From Clostridia bacterium (GTDB lineage: Bacteria > Bacillota > Clostridia > Oscillospirales > CAG-272), in the NCBI GenBank assembly GCA_017520505.1, contig JAFXFN010000006.1, positions 172,443-236,442 on the forward strand: 64,000 bases of DNA, given 5' to 3'. The notes under the pieces were generated by a model that had not been told where the DNA came from, ran no database searches, and worked only from the letters and a program-made list of their open reading frames with translations. Shown here piece after piece: positions 19,440-29,939 of the stretch; positions within the stretch are counted from its first letter, which is position 1, and each line of letters begins with the position of its first letter. A program made the position numbers and the translations under genes.

Positions 19440-20888
19440 ATGGCAAAATACGATCCCAAATCACTCAAAGCAGAAGAATTTATAAGCGATGAGGAAATAA
19501 GAGAAACTCTTGCGTATGCAGAGGAAAACAAAAACAATATTGAGCTTATTGACTCAATAATCGAAAAGGCACGCCCTGTCAAGACTGAAACGGGCTACAC
19601 GTGCCGTGGACTTTCTCACAGAGAGGCATCCGTGCTTCTTGCGTGCGAGGACCAAAAGATGATAGAAAAAATATATAAGGTCGCAGAGGAGATAAAGCTT
19701 GCGTTTTACGGTAACAGAATCGTTATCTTCGCACCGCTTTACCTTTCAAATTACTGTGTAAACGGCTGTGTTTACTGTCCTTATCATCTTAAAAACAAGA
19801 CTATTCCGAGAAAGAAACTGACACAAGAGGAAGTACGTGCTGAGGTTATCGCACTTCAGGATATGGGTCACAAGCGTCTGGCAATAGAATCGGGAGAGGA
19901 CCCCGTAAACAACCCCATAGAATACATTCTTGAATGTATCAACACTATCTACAGCGTAAACCACAAAAACGGTGCGATACGCAGAGTAAACGTAAACATC
20001 GCCGCAACGACGGTTGAAAACTATAAAAAGCTCAAGGATGCGGGAATCGGTACGTATATTCTCTTCCAGGAAACGTATCACAAGGAAAGCTATTTGAAGC
20101 TCCACCCCACGGGCCCGAAGCACGATTATGCGTACCACACGGAAGCGCACGACAGAGCAATGCAGGGAGGAATCGACGACGTCGGTCTCGGTGTTTTGTT
20201 CGGTCTTGAGCTTTACAAATACGAATTTGCAGGTCTTCTTATGCACGCAGAGCATCTTGAGGCTGTCCACGGTGTCGGCCCTCACACAATAAGCGTACCG
20301 AGAATCAAGCGTGCTGACGACGTTGACCCCACGCAGTTTGATAACTCCATAAGCGACGAAATATTTGAAAAGATAACTGCTTGCATCCGTCTTGCAGTAC
20401 CCTACACGGGCATTATAATCTCCACAAGAGAAACGGAGCAAGTGCGTTCAAAGCTTCTCAAGCTCGGTGTTTCGCAGGTCAGCGGCGGCTCACGTACGTC
20501 TGTCGGCGGTTACGCTTGCGAGGAACGTCCCCACGATACGGAGCAGTTTGATGTTTCAGACCAGAGAACACTTGACGAGGTCGTGCATTGGCTTATCGAC
20601 AACGGACATATTCCTTCTTTCTGTACGGCTTGCTACCGTGAGGGCAGAACGGGCGACAGATTTATGAGCCTTTGCAAAACAGGTCAGATAATCAACTGCT
20701 GTCACCCGAATGCACTTATGACGCTTACAGAATATCTCGTTGACTACGGCAGTGAAGAAACGAAAAAAGCGGGTTACGCAATGATAGAAAAAGAGCTTAC
20801 AAAGATACCGAAGGAAAAGGTACGCAATATTGCGGAATCGAATATTGAGGATATAAAGAACTCCAACAGACGTGATTTCAGATTTTAA
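19440..20888 (+). CDS. hydG: [FeFe]-hydrogenase maturase HydG
   Basis: APLYLSNYCVNGCVYC, GPHTISVPR and the C-terminal CTAC-X22-C auxiliary cluster motif. Confidence 0.95.
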   Translation: MAKYDPKSLKAEEFISDEEIRETLAYAEENKNNIELIDSIIEKARPVKTETGYTCRGLSHREASVLLACEDQKMIEKIYKVAEEIKLAFYGNRIVIFAPLYLSNYCVNGCVYCPYHLKNKTIPRKKLTQEEVRAEVIALQDMGHKRLAIESGEDPVNNPIEYILECINTIYSVNHKNGAIRRVNVNIAATTVENYKKLKDAGIGTYILFQETYHKESYLKLHPTGPKHDYAYHTEAHDRAMQGGIDDVGLGVLFGLELYKYEFAGLLMHAEHLEAVHGVGPHTISVPRIKRADDVDPTQFDNSISDEIFEKITACIRLAVPYTGIIISTRETEQVRSKLLKLGVSQVSGGSRTSVGGYACEERPHDTEQFDVSDQRTLDEVVHWLIDNGHIPSFCTACYREGRTGDRFMSLCKTGQIINCCHPNALMTLTEYLVDYGSEETKKAGYAMIEKELTKIPKEKVRNIAESNIEDIKNSNRRDFRF

Positions 20889-20897
20889 GAGGTAATT

Positions 20898-22091
20898 ATG
20901 GGACTTAACGATACACCGTCGGGCGAAAGGCTGACCATCGGATTTTTCGGCGCACGAAACGCAGGAAAATCAAGTGTGGCAAACGCCGTGACGGGACAAA
21001 TAATTTCCGTTGTTTCAGATACTCCCGGTACGACGACGGACCCTGTAAAAAAATCAATGGAACTTTTACCCCTCGGCCCCGTTACAATAATCGACACACC
21101 GGGGCTTGACGACGTCGGTGAGCTTGGAGAAGAACGTGTAAAGGTTTCACTTCGTGTTCTGGCATCTGTCGATGCGGCAGTTATCGTTATCGATGCCGCA
21201 CGTGGAACAACTGAATTCGACGAAAAGCTTTTAAAAACCGTCAAGGAAAGAAATCTGCCGTACGTATGCGTATACAACAAGTCGGAAAATGTCAAAATTC
21301 CCGATAATATCCCCGATGACACGGTATACGTAAGTGCAAAAAGCGGCTACAACATCGATGTTCTGAAAGAAAAAATAGCAACGTCATTTGCAAAAGCCGA
21401 AAATAACAAACGCCTTATTTCCGACATTTTGCCTCAAAATGCATTAACCGTGCTCGTTGTGCCGATAGATGAAGCAGCCCCGAAAGGCAGGCTTATTCTT
21501 CCACAGCAGCAGACAATACGTGATATACTTGACAGCCACGGCACATGCATTTGCTGTCAGCCTGATGAGCTGACGGGCGTGCTTTCCTCCCTTTGCAAAA
21601 AGCCCGACGTTGTCATTACAGATTCGCAGGTGTTCGGCAAGGTTTCTTCCCTTTTGCCAAACGACGTAAAGCTTACGTCATTTTCAATTCTTTTTGCAAG
21701 ATATAAGGGCGATCTGCCGACGCTTGTAAAGGGTGCCTCTGCAATATCACAGCTTAAAGACGGTGACACGGTGCTCATTTCCGAGGGCTGTACGCACAGA
21801 CGAAGCTGTAAGGACATAGGAACTGTCAAGATCCCTGCACTGATGCGCAAGTTTACAGGCAAGGAGCTGAACTTCAAATTCACCTCTGGCGGTGATTTTG
21901 AAAGCGATCTATCCGACGTTGCCCTCGTGCTTCACTGCGGCGGCTGTGTACTGACCGAAAAGGAAATGCGCTACCGTATGCGGATATGTGAGGAATATGG
22001 CACTCCCATCGTAAACTACGGTGTTGCCATCGCCCACATGAACGGCATTTTAAAAAGAAGCATCGAAATTTTCCCCGATATAAATATGTAA
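20898..22091 (+). CDS. hydF: [FeFe]-hydrogenase maturation GTPase HydF
   Basis: GARNAGKS, GTTTD, DTPG, GRLILPQ and the CxH...HCGGC cluster motif. Confidence 0.95.
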   Translation: MGLNDTPSGERLTIGFFGARNAGKSSVANAVTGQIISVVSDTPGTTTDPVKKSMELLPLGPVTIIDTPGLDDVGELGEERVKVSLRVLASVDAAVIVIDAARGTTEFDEKLLKTVKERNLPYVCVYNKSENVKIPDNIPDDTVYVSAKSGYNIDVLKEKIATSFAKAENNKRLISDILPQNALTVLVVPIDEAAPKGRLILPQQQTIRDILDSHGTCICCQPDELTGVLSSLCKKPDVVITDSQVFGKVSSLLPNDVKLTSFSILFARYKGDLPTLVKGASAISQLKDGDTVLISEGCTHRRSCKDIGTVKIPALMRKFTGKELNFKFTSGGDFESDLSDVALVLHCGGCVLTEKEMRYRMRICEEYGTPIVNYGVAIAHMNGILKRSIEIFPDINM

Positions 22092-22096
22092 AATAC

Positions 22097-22129
22097 AAAC
22101 ACCCGAGAGAACTACTCTTCGGGTGTTTT
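22097..22129. terminator. Terminator after hydF
   Basis: AAACACCCGA...TCGGGTGTTT hairpin. Confidence 0.7.
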
Positions 22130-22153
22130 ACATGACTTTTATAACTTAAACTA

Positions 22154-22981
22154 TTATAACCATTCCCATGCCAACTTATATCGATAAAATAATTTTGGAT
22201 TTCTTATCACATATCTATACACAGTTACAGAAGAATCGTCTTTTTTCTTCTTGGAAGGACAATCCTCTTTGCTGACATAGCCATATTCATTTATAGCATC
22301 TCCATATTCTGTAGAAATTTGCTTGCAAACATCTTTCAATCTAACACCATTTTGAACCTCGAGTTCCAGCACTATTTTTCTTATCGGCCTACAAACATCT
22401 ATGTAATATTCGGGTTTCATTATATTGGAATCATAATTAAATTCAATTTGCACATGAAAATCCGCAGGTTTTTTATCATCAAATTTCACTTCATAATCAG
22501 CATGCGTAGCGGCAAATCCGTCCGTTTTACTATCAATTTTCCTTTCATTTCCTTCGGAATCAATAGCAGTAAATTGTTTTTCTGATACATTCGCAAAATC
22601 CGGATCTATTGATGTAACAACAATATCATCCCAACAATAATCTCCTTTGACACTTACACTTGTTTTTATTTTACCATCTGATTTAAAAAAAATATTTTTA
22701 ACCGTACGTACTTCTTGAAACTCTATTCCCTTGTTTCCCTGTCGTAAAATCATCGTATGCTTTTCATATGAATGGAAGTATCCCCAATTAAATCTAGTTG
22801 TGCCAAATATTCTAATCTTATAAAATACAATAAAACAAAAAAATATCACCATCGGTGCAATAACAATAGGAAAAATATCAGGTTTAAACCACTTTGCAAG
22901 TAAAGCACTAAGTATACCCCAAATAGCGATAATCACTGTTGCTACAACATTAGACAAAATATTTTCAAATAGATTTCTCAT
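22154..22981 (-). CDS. Hypothetical AT-rich protein with 2 N-terminal TM helices and a beta-rich domain
   Basis: 275 aa ORF, GGGGG RBS-like run, visibly lower GC than its neighbours; no family recognised. Confidence 0.7.
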   Translation of the reverse strand: MRNLFENILSNVVATVIIAIWGILSALLAKWFKPDIFPIVIAPMVIFFCFIVFYKIRIFGTTRFNWGYFHSYEKHTMILRQGNKGIEFQEVRTVKNIFFKSDGKIKTSVSVKGDYCWDDIVVTSIDPDFANVSEKQFTAIDSEGNERKIDSKTDGFAATHADYEVKFDDKKPADFHVQIEFNYDSNIMKPEYYIDVCRPIRKIVLELEVQNGVRLKDVCKQISTEYGDAINEYGYVSKEDCPSKKKKDDSSVTVYRYVIRNPKLFYRYKLAWEWL

Positions 22982-23228
22982 GACAAACCCCCAAAAATAT
23001 TTGATTTAATCAAATTATAACATATGTCGTCAAAATTTGTCAAGGGGGTGATTTTCAAAAAATTCATTTGACATTTAATCTGCTACTCAACGACTACACA
23101 ATGTTAATTTGTGTTTGCATGAGCACTTTTCTGTGCAGTATATTGAATGAATTGAGATTAAAACAATGCGGTAAATTACAAAAAACTTTGCAATTTACCG
23201 CATTATAGATTATTGTGTTTAAATTCCG

Positions 23229-24131
23229 TTATATCTTCGCCAAAAGCTCGCTGAATGCAAGTATAAGGAGTGCACAAAGGGCAATTATCATACCGACAAG
23301 ACGGCGTCCGCTTACCTTTTCACGGAACAAGGTCATAGCAACCACGACCGACATCATTGTTGTTCCGCCGTTTTGTATCGGGAATAATACTGCACTGTCA
23401 AGCACACCCGAAAGATAGAGGTTGACCTTGTTCAAAAATGCGATAAACGCACCGCAAATAACTGTCAAAAGGAGCAGTTTTTTTGTATCTATTCCCTTTT
23501 CTTCCGCTTTTTCCTTCTTGCCTCTTGAGCTTACAAAATAGCTTACCGTGCAAAGAATTGCCGCAGATACAAAGGCGATCGCAAGAAACGCACCTGTTTC
23601 AGAAGCAAATGACGACTTCTGCTGTGTCTTTTGCATAATTCCGATAGAACCCATAAAGAGGAACGCCAAAAAGCAGAAAATGAGCCATTTTGCACTCGCC
23701 CCTTTGCTGTCTTTTTTCTTTTCCGTCGAAAAATATGCGGCAACTATCATAAGAACCGTTCCGACTATTTTCCAGACCGACAGCGATTCATCCCAGATGA
23801 TATATCCCGAAAATGCAGGAAGTATCATTGACGAGGTAATAAGCAGAATGGTAAAGGACATCGGTCCGCAGTTAAGCGCATTGAGCTTGAAAATACCGCT
23901 GAGTGCCGTCACAGCACCGAACGCTATACCGAATAAAACCGTAAAGAGCGATGCTTTAAAGCCCGAAATTATGCTTATTGCAACAAGAATAACTGCCGCA
24001 ACGGAATAAATGCACATATTTATTCTGTAGTTATCGGAGCGCTCCTTTACGGCTTTTTTGCCGAAATAATTGTAAAATGACGAATACGCAACGTTAGCGC
24101 ATACGGAAAGCGCAAGCAAAAAATAATTCAT
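23229..24131 (-). CDS. DMT/EamA family transporter
   Basis: About 10 TM helices with two EamA-like halves (ALNCGPMS; LFREKVS). Confidence 0.85.
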   Translation of the reverse strand: MNYFLLALSVCANVAYSSFYNYFGKKAVKERSDNYRINMCIYSVAAVILVAISIISGFKASLFTVLFGIAFGAVTALSGIFKLNALNCGPMSFTILLITSSMILPAFSGYIIWDESLSVWKIVGTVLMIVAAYFSTEKKKDSKGASAKWLIFCFLAFLFMGSIGIMQKTQQKSSFASETGAFLAIAFVSAAILCTVSYFVSSRGKKEKAEEKGIDTKKLLLLTVICGAFIAFLNKVNLYLSGVLDSAVLFPIQNGGTTMMSVVVAMTLFREKVSGRRLVGMIIALCALLILAFSELLAKI

Positions 24132-24144
24132 TTATATCACGACC

Positions 24145-24924
24145 TTATCTGATTATATCGCCGACACCGTTAAGAATGTATTTCGGACGGTACGGGAAGA
24201 GGCTCACGTCTTCTCTCGATGTAACACCCGAAAGGACGAGAACTGTATCAAGCTCACTTTCAATACCCGAAATGATATCAGTATCCATTCTGTCACCGAT
24301 TATGGCTGTATCTTCTCTTAAGCAATCTATCTTTTTAAGAGCGTGGCGCATAATAAGGGGGTTGGGCTTACCTATGTAATACGCTTTTTTACCCGTTGTA
24401 AGCTCAATAGGGGAAATAAGCGCACGGCAAGCGGGGATTATTCCGTTTTCGCCCGGAGCCGTCAGGTCGGTATTCGTACCGATAAGCTTTGCGCCTTTCT
24501 GAATAAGCTTTACGGCGTGCTCTATCTTTTCATAGTTAAACGAGCGTGTTTCGCCGAATACAACGTAATCGGGATTCTGGTCATTCATCGAAAATCCCGC
24601 ATCGTAAAGTGCATTTACAAGTCCCGGCTCACCTATTGCGTAAACGCTTCCGCCGGGGCACTGTGTTGCAAGGAAAGATGCCGTTGCAAGAGCTGACGTG
24701 TAGAAATTGTCGGGGGACACGGTAAGTCCCATTCTCTGAAGCTTCTGCGCAAGCTCACGGGGTGAACGCTCACTGGAGTTGGTCAAGAAAAGAAATTTCT
24801 TTCCGGACTCAATAAGCCAGTTGACAAATTCGGGAACATCGGGCAAAAGTCTGTTTCCGTGGTAGATAACTCCGTCCATATCACAGATGAACGCTTTTTT
24901 GTTTCTCAATTCTTCAATATTCAT
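24145..24924 (-). CDS. HAD-IIA hydrolase (NagD-like)
   Basis: DMDGV, LTNSS, GKPNP, IGDRMDTDI and LVLSG motifs. Confidence 0.92.
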   Translation of the reverse strand: MNIEELRNKKAFICDMDGVIYHGNRLLPDVPEFVNWLIESGKKFLFLTNSSERSPRELAQKLQRMGLTVSPDNFYTSALATASFLATQCPGGSVYAIGEPGLVNALYDAGFSMNDQNPDYVVFGETRSFNYEKIEHAVKLIQKGAKLIGTNTDLTAPGENGIIPACRALISPIELTTGKKAYYIGKPNPLIMRHALKKIDCLREDTAIIGDRMDTDIISGIESELDTVLVLSGVTSREDVSLFPYRPKYILNGVGDIIR

Positions 24925-24947
24925 TTTGTTCTCCTATATCAGTATGT

Positions 24948-25505
24948 TCATTTTTTATCATTCTTTTTAAATATTACAAGCTTGCTGAAAACGTAATTTA
25001 TGATAATTATTATGATTGCCGCCACAGCCTTGATGACGTACTGATTCATATTCAGCCACGTTACGAACGTGAGGAATATAAGCTCCTCAACACCGAGTGA
25101 GAATACACGTGCGCCTGTAAAGGAAATTATCTCGTGAACGAGCACGTCTTTTTTAAAGCTTTTGCTTTGGAAAACCCACAGCTTGTTCACTATGTATGCG
25201 AATATGACTGCGAAAAACCATGCTATAAAAACGATAACAAGCTCGTGCAGCTTCGTTAACTCCACAAGTCCTATATGAATTACCATATTTATAACCGTGG
25301 TAATACCGCCGACGATAACGTAAACGATTATCTCACGGTATTTTTTTATAAGCGCATTAATCTTTTTGTAAAAGCATAAATATATGACAGCGCAGACAGC
25401 TATGCCGATACCGGCAATAATTGCCAGAAGCCCTATGTTGTCAAGCGCCCAATCAACAAGAGTATCGATGACCGAATTTTCAGTTGAAGACAAAAAATTC
25501 AACAT
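24948..25505 (-). CDS. GtrA family membrane protein
   Basis: YVIVGGITTVIN, FAYIVNKLWVF and NYVFSKLVIF motifs. Confidence 0.88.
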   Translation of the reverse strand: MLNFLSSTENSVIDTLVDWALDNIGLLAIIAGIGIAVCAVIYLCFYKKINALIKKYREIIVYVIVGGITTVINMVIHIGLVELTKLHELVIVFIAWFFAVIFAYIVNKLWVFQSKSFKKDVLVHEIISFTGARVFSLGVEELIFLTFVTWLNMNQYVIKAVAAIIIIIINYVFSKLVIFKKNDKK

Positions 25506-26080
25506 TTTACATCCTCCAGAATTTTATAAAAGGTTTCCTCATCAAACAAAAGGTTTACCGCTTCAAGCAGTGCATTTGCTGACATTTCAGCGGGAAGTCC
25601 TGCCGCAGTACAGAATTTTCTTCGTAAATATGAGGAGTTATCTCCGCCCGACAGTCCCAAAATAAAGAAGTCTGTCTTTTTAAGCGAAAGCTTGTTTTTG
25701 ATTTCGCCCGTATACGGCAGAAATATTTTGTGAAGCAGCTCCGCTGTCATTCCCTCAACACCGAGAGTTCCTTCTGCCGACGGCTTTTCTTTTCTTTTTT
25801 CCTTGCCCTTTATCTGCGGAATATAGAGATTTACTATTTTCTCGGCAGGTATTATGCCCCTTATGAAATTTCGTATTACCCTGCCTGCTCCGTCACTGTC
25901 TGTGACAACTATTATCTTTTCTTCGCTTGCAAGCTTTCTTAAAAGCGAAGCCTTTTCGTCGTTTTTGAACACGCCGAAGCCGTCGGTCGTTATTATCACG
26001 CCGTCAATTACCGACGAAAGCTTGATCTTATCGTATTTTCCCTCACATATAACGGGATATTTTATTTTCAGCTTTTCCAT
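25499..26080 (-). CDS. rnmV: Ribonuclease M5-like Toprim protein (DUF4093 C-terminus)
   Basis: ICEGKYD, TDSDGAGRVIR, LGVEG and LGLSGG motifs. Confidence 0.78.
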   Translation of the reverse strand: MEKLKIKYPVICEGKYDKIKLSSVIDGVIITTDGFGVFKNDEKASLLRKLASEEKIIVVTDSDGAGRVIRNFIRGIIPAEKIVNLYIPQIKGKEKRKEKPSAEGTLGVEGMTAELLHKIFLPYTGEIKNKLSLKKTDFFILGLSGGDNSSYLRRKFCTAAGLPAEMSANALLEAVNLLFDEETFYKILEDVKC

Positions 26081-26081
26081 A

Positions 26082-27113
26082 TCACAAGTCCGTTATAAGG
26101 GAAATAAGCTCGCCCTTGACGTCAGCGCCCGTGCTTTTCACGGCAAGGTCAGCAAGATAGCATCTTGAAAGAAGCTCCGAAAGATATTTTCCCGTTATAC
26201 CAGTCAAAGCTTGAGCACGCACCTTGACCGCATACTCGTGCATACCTATGCTTGATGCTATTTCAGGTGCTTTCATTCCCGATTTCATAGCTGATTTGAT
26301 TCTGTAAAGCTTTTCGACCTCTGAGGTTATCTCCGCTAACAGCAGCATAGGCTCGTGTCCTTTTTTAAGGGCATCGGTGACGTATGCAAGCACCGCCTCA
26401 CCATCACGTTTGAGTATTTTATTTGAAACGTAAAACGCTTCAAACACGTTCTTTTTGCCCGTTACACGCTGCACTGTGTCATCGTCAAGCTCGGTCATTC
26501 CGTTTTGACGCATATATGCGCAAAGCTTGGCAATTTCATTTGATATTACGCTCATATCACACGCCGCACGCTCAGCTATAAGCGTTGCCGTATGTACGGA
26601 TATATTGAAGCCCTCTGAAACGAAATGGCGGTTTATCCATTTTAAGAGCTTTTCCTGCGGAAGAAAATCAAAGTACACGACGGACGATGCACGTGACAGC
26701 TTCGCGAGCTTTGATTTTGAATCGGCATCGCCCTCCTCAAGCTGTGTTGCGTAAAGATATATGACAAACGTCAGATAGTCGTATTTTTCCGCTTCCTTGC
26801 AAAGCGTGCAAAGGATTTCAACGGGCTCTTTTCCGCCTTTTTTCAAGTCTGCGCCGTACAGTATCACAAGACGTCTGTCGGCAAACTGGGGAAGCGTTGC
26901 AAATGCGGACAAAATATCCTCTTTATCCTCAAGAGAATCAAACACGTTGACGTTAAAATCACGAAGCTCCTCATCGGGGCAGACGTGCTTTTTGACATCG
27001 GACAAAAAAGCTCTTTTCAGATACTCCTCACCGCCGTACAGGAAATATGCACCCTGCATTGTGCCGCCCAGCAGCTCTTTTGTTTGCTTCATAACATCAA
27101 TTTTAGCAGCCAT
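26082..27113 (-). CDS. holA: DNA polymerase III delta subunit
   Basis: YFLYGGEEYL, LPQFADRRLV, NEIAKL and DLAVKS motifs. Confidence 0.87.
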   Translation of the reverse strand: MAAKIDVMKQTKELLGGTMQGAYFLYGGEEYLKRAFLSDVKKHVCPDEELRDFNVNVFDSLEDKEDILSAFATLPQFADRRLVILYGADLKKGGKEPVEILCTLCKEAEKYDYLTFVIYLYATQLEEGDADSKSKLAKLSRASSVVYFDFLPQEKLLKWINRHFVSEGFNISVHTATLIAERAACDMSVISNEIAKLCAYMRQNGMTELDDDTVQRVTGKKNVFEAFYVSNKILKRDGEAVLAYVTDALKKGHEPMLLLAEITSEVEKLYRIKSAMKSGMKAPEIASSIGMHEYAVKVRAQALTGITGKYLSELLSRCYLADLAVKSTGADVKGELISLITDL

Positions 27114-27211
27114 AACGGCACCCCCTTTGGTAAAATATCGTAATATTATAACACACAGTTTTGAATTTTATTTAAATCATATCGTAAGTTTTTGTATAAA
27201 TAATTTTTAAT

Positions 27212-28192
27212 ATGGATTTTTTTAACGGATTTTTTTCTCAAATCGGATATTTTTCATCTGTTTTAATATTCATCACAGTTTTTTTCAACGGTGCAACAGA
27301 TGCATCCAATGCCGTTGCAACGTGTGTCGGAACGAAGTGTATGAAGATTTCGCACGCAACGATAATGTCTGCCGTTTTCAACTTTTTGGGTGTACTTATT
27401 ATGGGTACTTTTGCAGGGAAGGTGGCGTTCACCGTCAAGGAGCTTGCCGTTTTTCCGAGCGAAAGCTCGGTCAAGACCGCCGTGTGCGCTTCAATGCTGT
27501 CTGTGATAATATGGGCGGGCGGTGCGTGGCTTTTCGGCATTCCGACAAGCGAAAGCCACGCATTAACGGCAAGCCTCACAGGGACGGCACTCGCCTGTGG
27601 CGGTGCGTATATAAATACTGCACAGTACGCACGGGTGCTGTACGGTCTGCTTGTTTCAAGTGCGCTTGGGTTTGCCGTTGGTGTTATAATATCGCTTTTG
27701 ACGGATATTTTTCTTAAAAAATGCTCCGATACATTTTTCCGATATGCGCAAATTTTCGGTGCTTGCTGTACCTCCTTTGCCCACGGCGGTCAGGACGGGG
27801 TGAAATTTCTCGGTCTGTTCTTACTTTTCACAAACGGCGGTGAAGTTGGTACACCGCTTATATTTGCAGTATCTGCCGTAATGCTTTTCGGCACCGCCGT
27901 CGGCGGAAAAAAGATAATAAAATCAGTCGGCGAAAATATGGTGGAAATAAATAAAAAAGACGGCTTTGCCTCCGATATTGCAAGTGCTTTGTGTCTTTTG
28001 TTTGCAAGCATTATGGGGATTCCCGCAAGCACAACACAAACAAAAACCTCGTCCATTCTCGGTGTCGGCGCACTGTCATCAGGTAAAATAAACGCAAAAA
28101 CCACCCTCAGCATCGTCACAGCCTGGATATTCACCTTCCCTGCCTGCACACTTTTGGGATATATGATAATGAAAATTATGATAAAGTGGTAA
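27212..28192 (+). CDS. Inorganic phosphate transporter (PiT family)
   Basis: NGATDASNAVAT, GIPTSESHA, FAHGGQD and GIPASTT motifs. Confidence 0.9.
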   Translation: MDFFNGFFSQIGYFSSVLIFITVFFNGATDASNAVATCVGTKCMKISHATIMSAVFNFLGVLIMGTFAGKVAFTVKELAVFPSESSVKTAVCASMLSVIIWAGGAWLFGIPTSESHALTASLTGTALACGGAYINTAQYARVLYGLLVSSALGFAVGVIISLLTDIFLKKCSDTFFRYAQIFGACCTSFAHGGQDGVKFLGLFLLFTNGGEVGTPLIFAVSAVMLFGTAVGGKKIIKSVGENMVEINKKDGFASDIASALCLLFASIMGIPASTTQTKTSSILGVGALSSGKINAKTTLSIVTAWIFTFPACTLLGYMIMKIMIKW

Positions 28193-28194
28193 GC

Positions 28195-28230
28195 AAAATG
28201 CTCCCTGTAATTTAGGACAGGGAGCGTTTT
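28195..28230. terminator. Bidirectional terminator
   Basis: AAAATGCTCCCTGT...ACAGGGAGCGTTTT. Confidence 0.72.
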
Positions 28231-28246
28231 GTAATACTATCATTTT

Positions 28247-29074
28247 TCAGCTTTCATAACCGATAAGGATACCGCCTCGTTCGGCATAAAATCCGCAAAG
28301 ACCGCCGACGGTGGATATAACAACTGATGTTTCGGGGAACGTTTCCTTTATGAGTGCTTCAAGCTTTTCGGAAACAGCGGGATTTTCGCAATGGTGTATG
28401 CGGACTTTACCGCCACAGCCCGTTTTTTTCATATTGTCGATTATGTCCTCAAGCATTCTTTTAGCCCCTCTTGATTTATTCATTATTTCAAGAGTTCCCT
28501 CGTCACTTGCCTTTCCGACTATCCTTATACCGATAACTCCTGCAAGCTTTGCGACAATGGGGCTTACCCTGCCGTTATTGGCAAGGTTGTGCATCGATTC
28601 AAGCGCAAAAATAAGGTGTGTATGCTTTTGATATTCCTTTATTTCAGCGGATATTTCATCAAAGCTTTTACCTTCGCTTATAAGCTGTCCGAGCTTTTCG
28701 ATAACAAGCGCACACTCCGGTCCCGTTGAAAGTGAGTCGATAACAAGCACGTGGCGTTCGGGATATTTTTCCATATATTCCTTTGCCGCACCGTATGCGG
28801 AATTGTAGCTTCCCGAAAGCGAGCTTGTAATGGTCACGCAGAAAATATTCTCATAACCTTCAAACGCTTCAAGCCATTCGGCGGTGTTTGGACAGGCTGA
28901 GCTGGACTTGCCTTTATATTTTTCAAGATACGTAAGCATTTCGGAAAGATTCAGAGTATCATCGTCGCAAAATTCTCTTTCATCCGTTCTTATTTTAAGC
29001 GGTACGGATGAAAAGGCGGCGGAAAATTCACGTATATCCGACGAGGAATCACTTACTATTTTAAAAGTTGACAT
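28247..29074 (-). CDS. DegV family fatty-acid-binding protein (FakB-like)
   Basis: IVSDSSSD, SSACP, ITSSLSGSYNSA, IDSLS and NLANNGRV motifs. Confidence 0.92.
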   Translation of the reverse strand: MSTFKIVSDSSSDIREFSAAFSSVPLKIRTDEREFCDDDTLNLSEMLTYLEKYKGKSSSACPNTAEWLEAFEGYENIFCVTITSSLSGSYNSAYGAAKEYMEKYPERHVLVIDSLSTGPECALVIEKLGQLISEGKSFDEISAEIKEYQKHTHLIFALESMHNLANNGRVSPIVAKLAGVIGIRIVGKASDEGTLEIMNKSRGAKRMLEDIIDNMKKTGCGGKVRIHHCENPAVSEKLEALIKETFPETSVVISTVGGLCGFYAERGGILIGYES

Positions 29075-29225
29075 AATTCGTTCTCCGATATTTTATTATC
29101 TGTTTTTGAAAACCATAACCATTATATCAGTTTTTGAAAACTATGTCAAGCGTTTTTGTAAAAAATATTGACAAACACGCCTCATTATTGTAAAATATTC
29201 TTATAAAAATAAGGGGAAAGCATCA

Positions 29226-29927
29226 ATGAAGAAATACCAAGCAATACTTTTTGACCTTGACGGAACACTTCTGCCTATGGATATGGATACCTTTTCAAAA
29301 GGATACTTACACACTCTTGCCGACGAAATGAAAAAATACGGTTATTCGGAGCAAACACTTTTACCCGCAATGTGGCGAGGCGTTGACTCAATGGTTAAAA
29401 ACGACGGTGAAAAAACAAATTGCGATGTATTTTGGGAAACATTCGCAAGCATTTTAGGACAGCAGGTATACGGTGATATACCTCATTTCGATGATTTTTA
29501 CGCAGGTCGCTTCAATGATGCCGTAAAATACACCTCCCCGACAGAAAACGCAAAAAGGGCTGTTGAATATGCAAGGGCGTGTGCGGACAAGGTCATTCTT
29601 GCAACGAATCCGATGTTCCCCACCGATGCCGTTAAAGCACGGTTACAGTGGTCAGGGCTGAAATATGAGGATTTTGACTATGCAACCGACTACACAAACT
29701 CACATTTCTGCAAGCCGAACCCAAAATATTTCGAAGAAATTGCCGAAAAATTTTCGCTTGATCCCCAAAACTGCCTTATGGTGGGAAACAACGCACTTGA
29801 AGATGCAAAAGCATCAATGGCTGCAGGCTTTTCATCATTTCTGCTTACGGAGTGCCTTATATGTGACGGCGATATGCCAAGCTGTCACGTCGGCACGTTT
29901 GATGATTTATTTGAATTTTTAAAATAA
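29226..29927 (+). CDS. HAD family hydrolase
   Basis: FDLDGTL, ATNP, KPNP and MVGN motifs. Confidence 0.9.
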   Translation: MKKYQAILFDLDGTLLPMDMDTFSKGYLHTLADEMKKYGYSEQTLLPAMWRGVDSMVKNDGEKTNCDVFWETFASILGQQVYGDIPHFDDFYAGRFNDAVKYTSPTENAKRAVEYARACADKVILATNPMFPTDAVKARLQWSGLKYEDFDYATDYTNSHFCKPNPKYFEEIAEKFSLDPQNCLMVGNNALEDAKASMAAGFSSFLLTECLICDGDMPSCHVGTFDDLFEFLK

Positions 29928-29939
29928 CGGAGGTAAATT

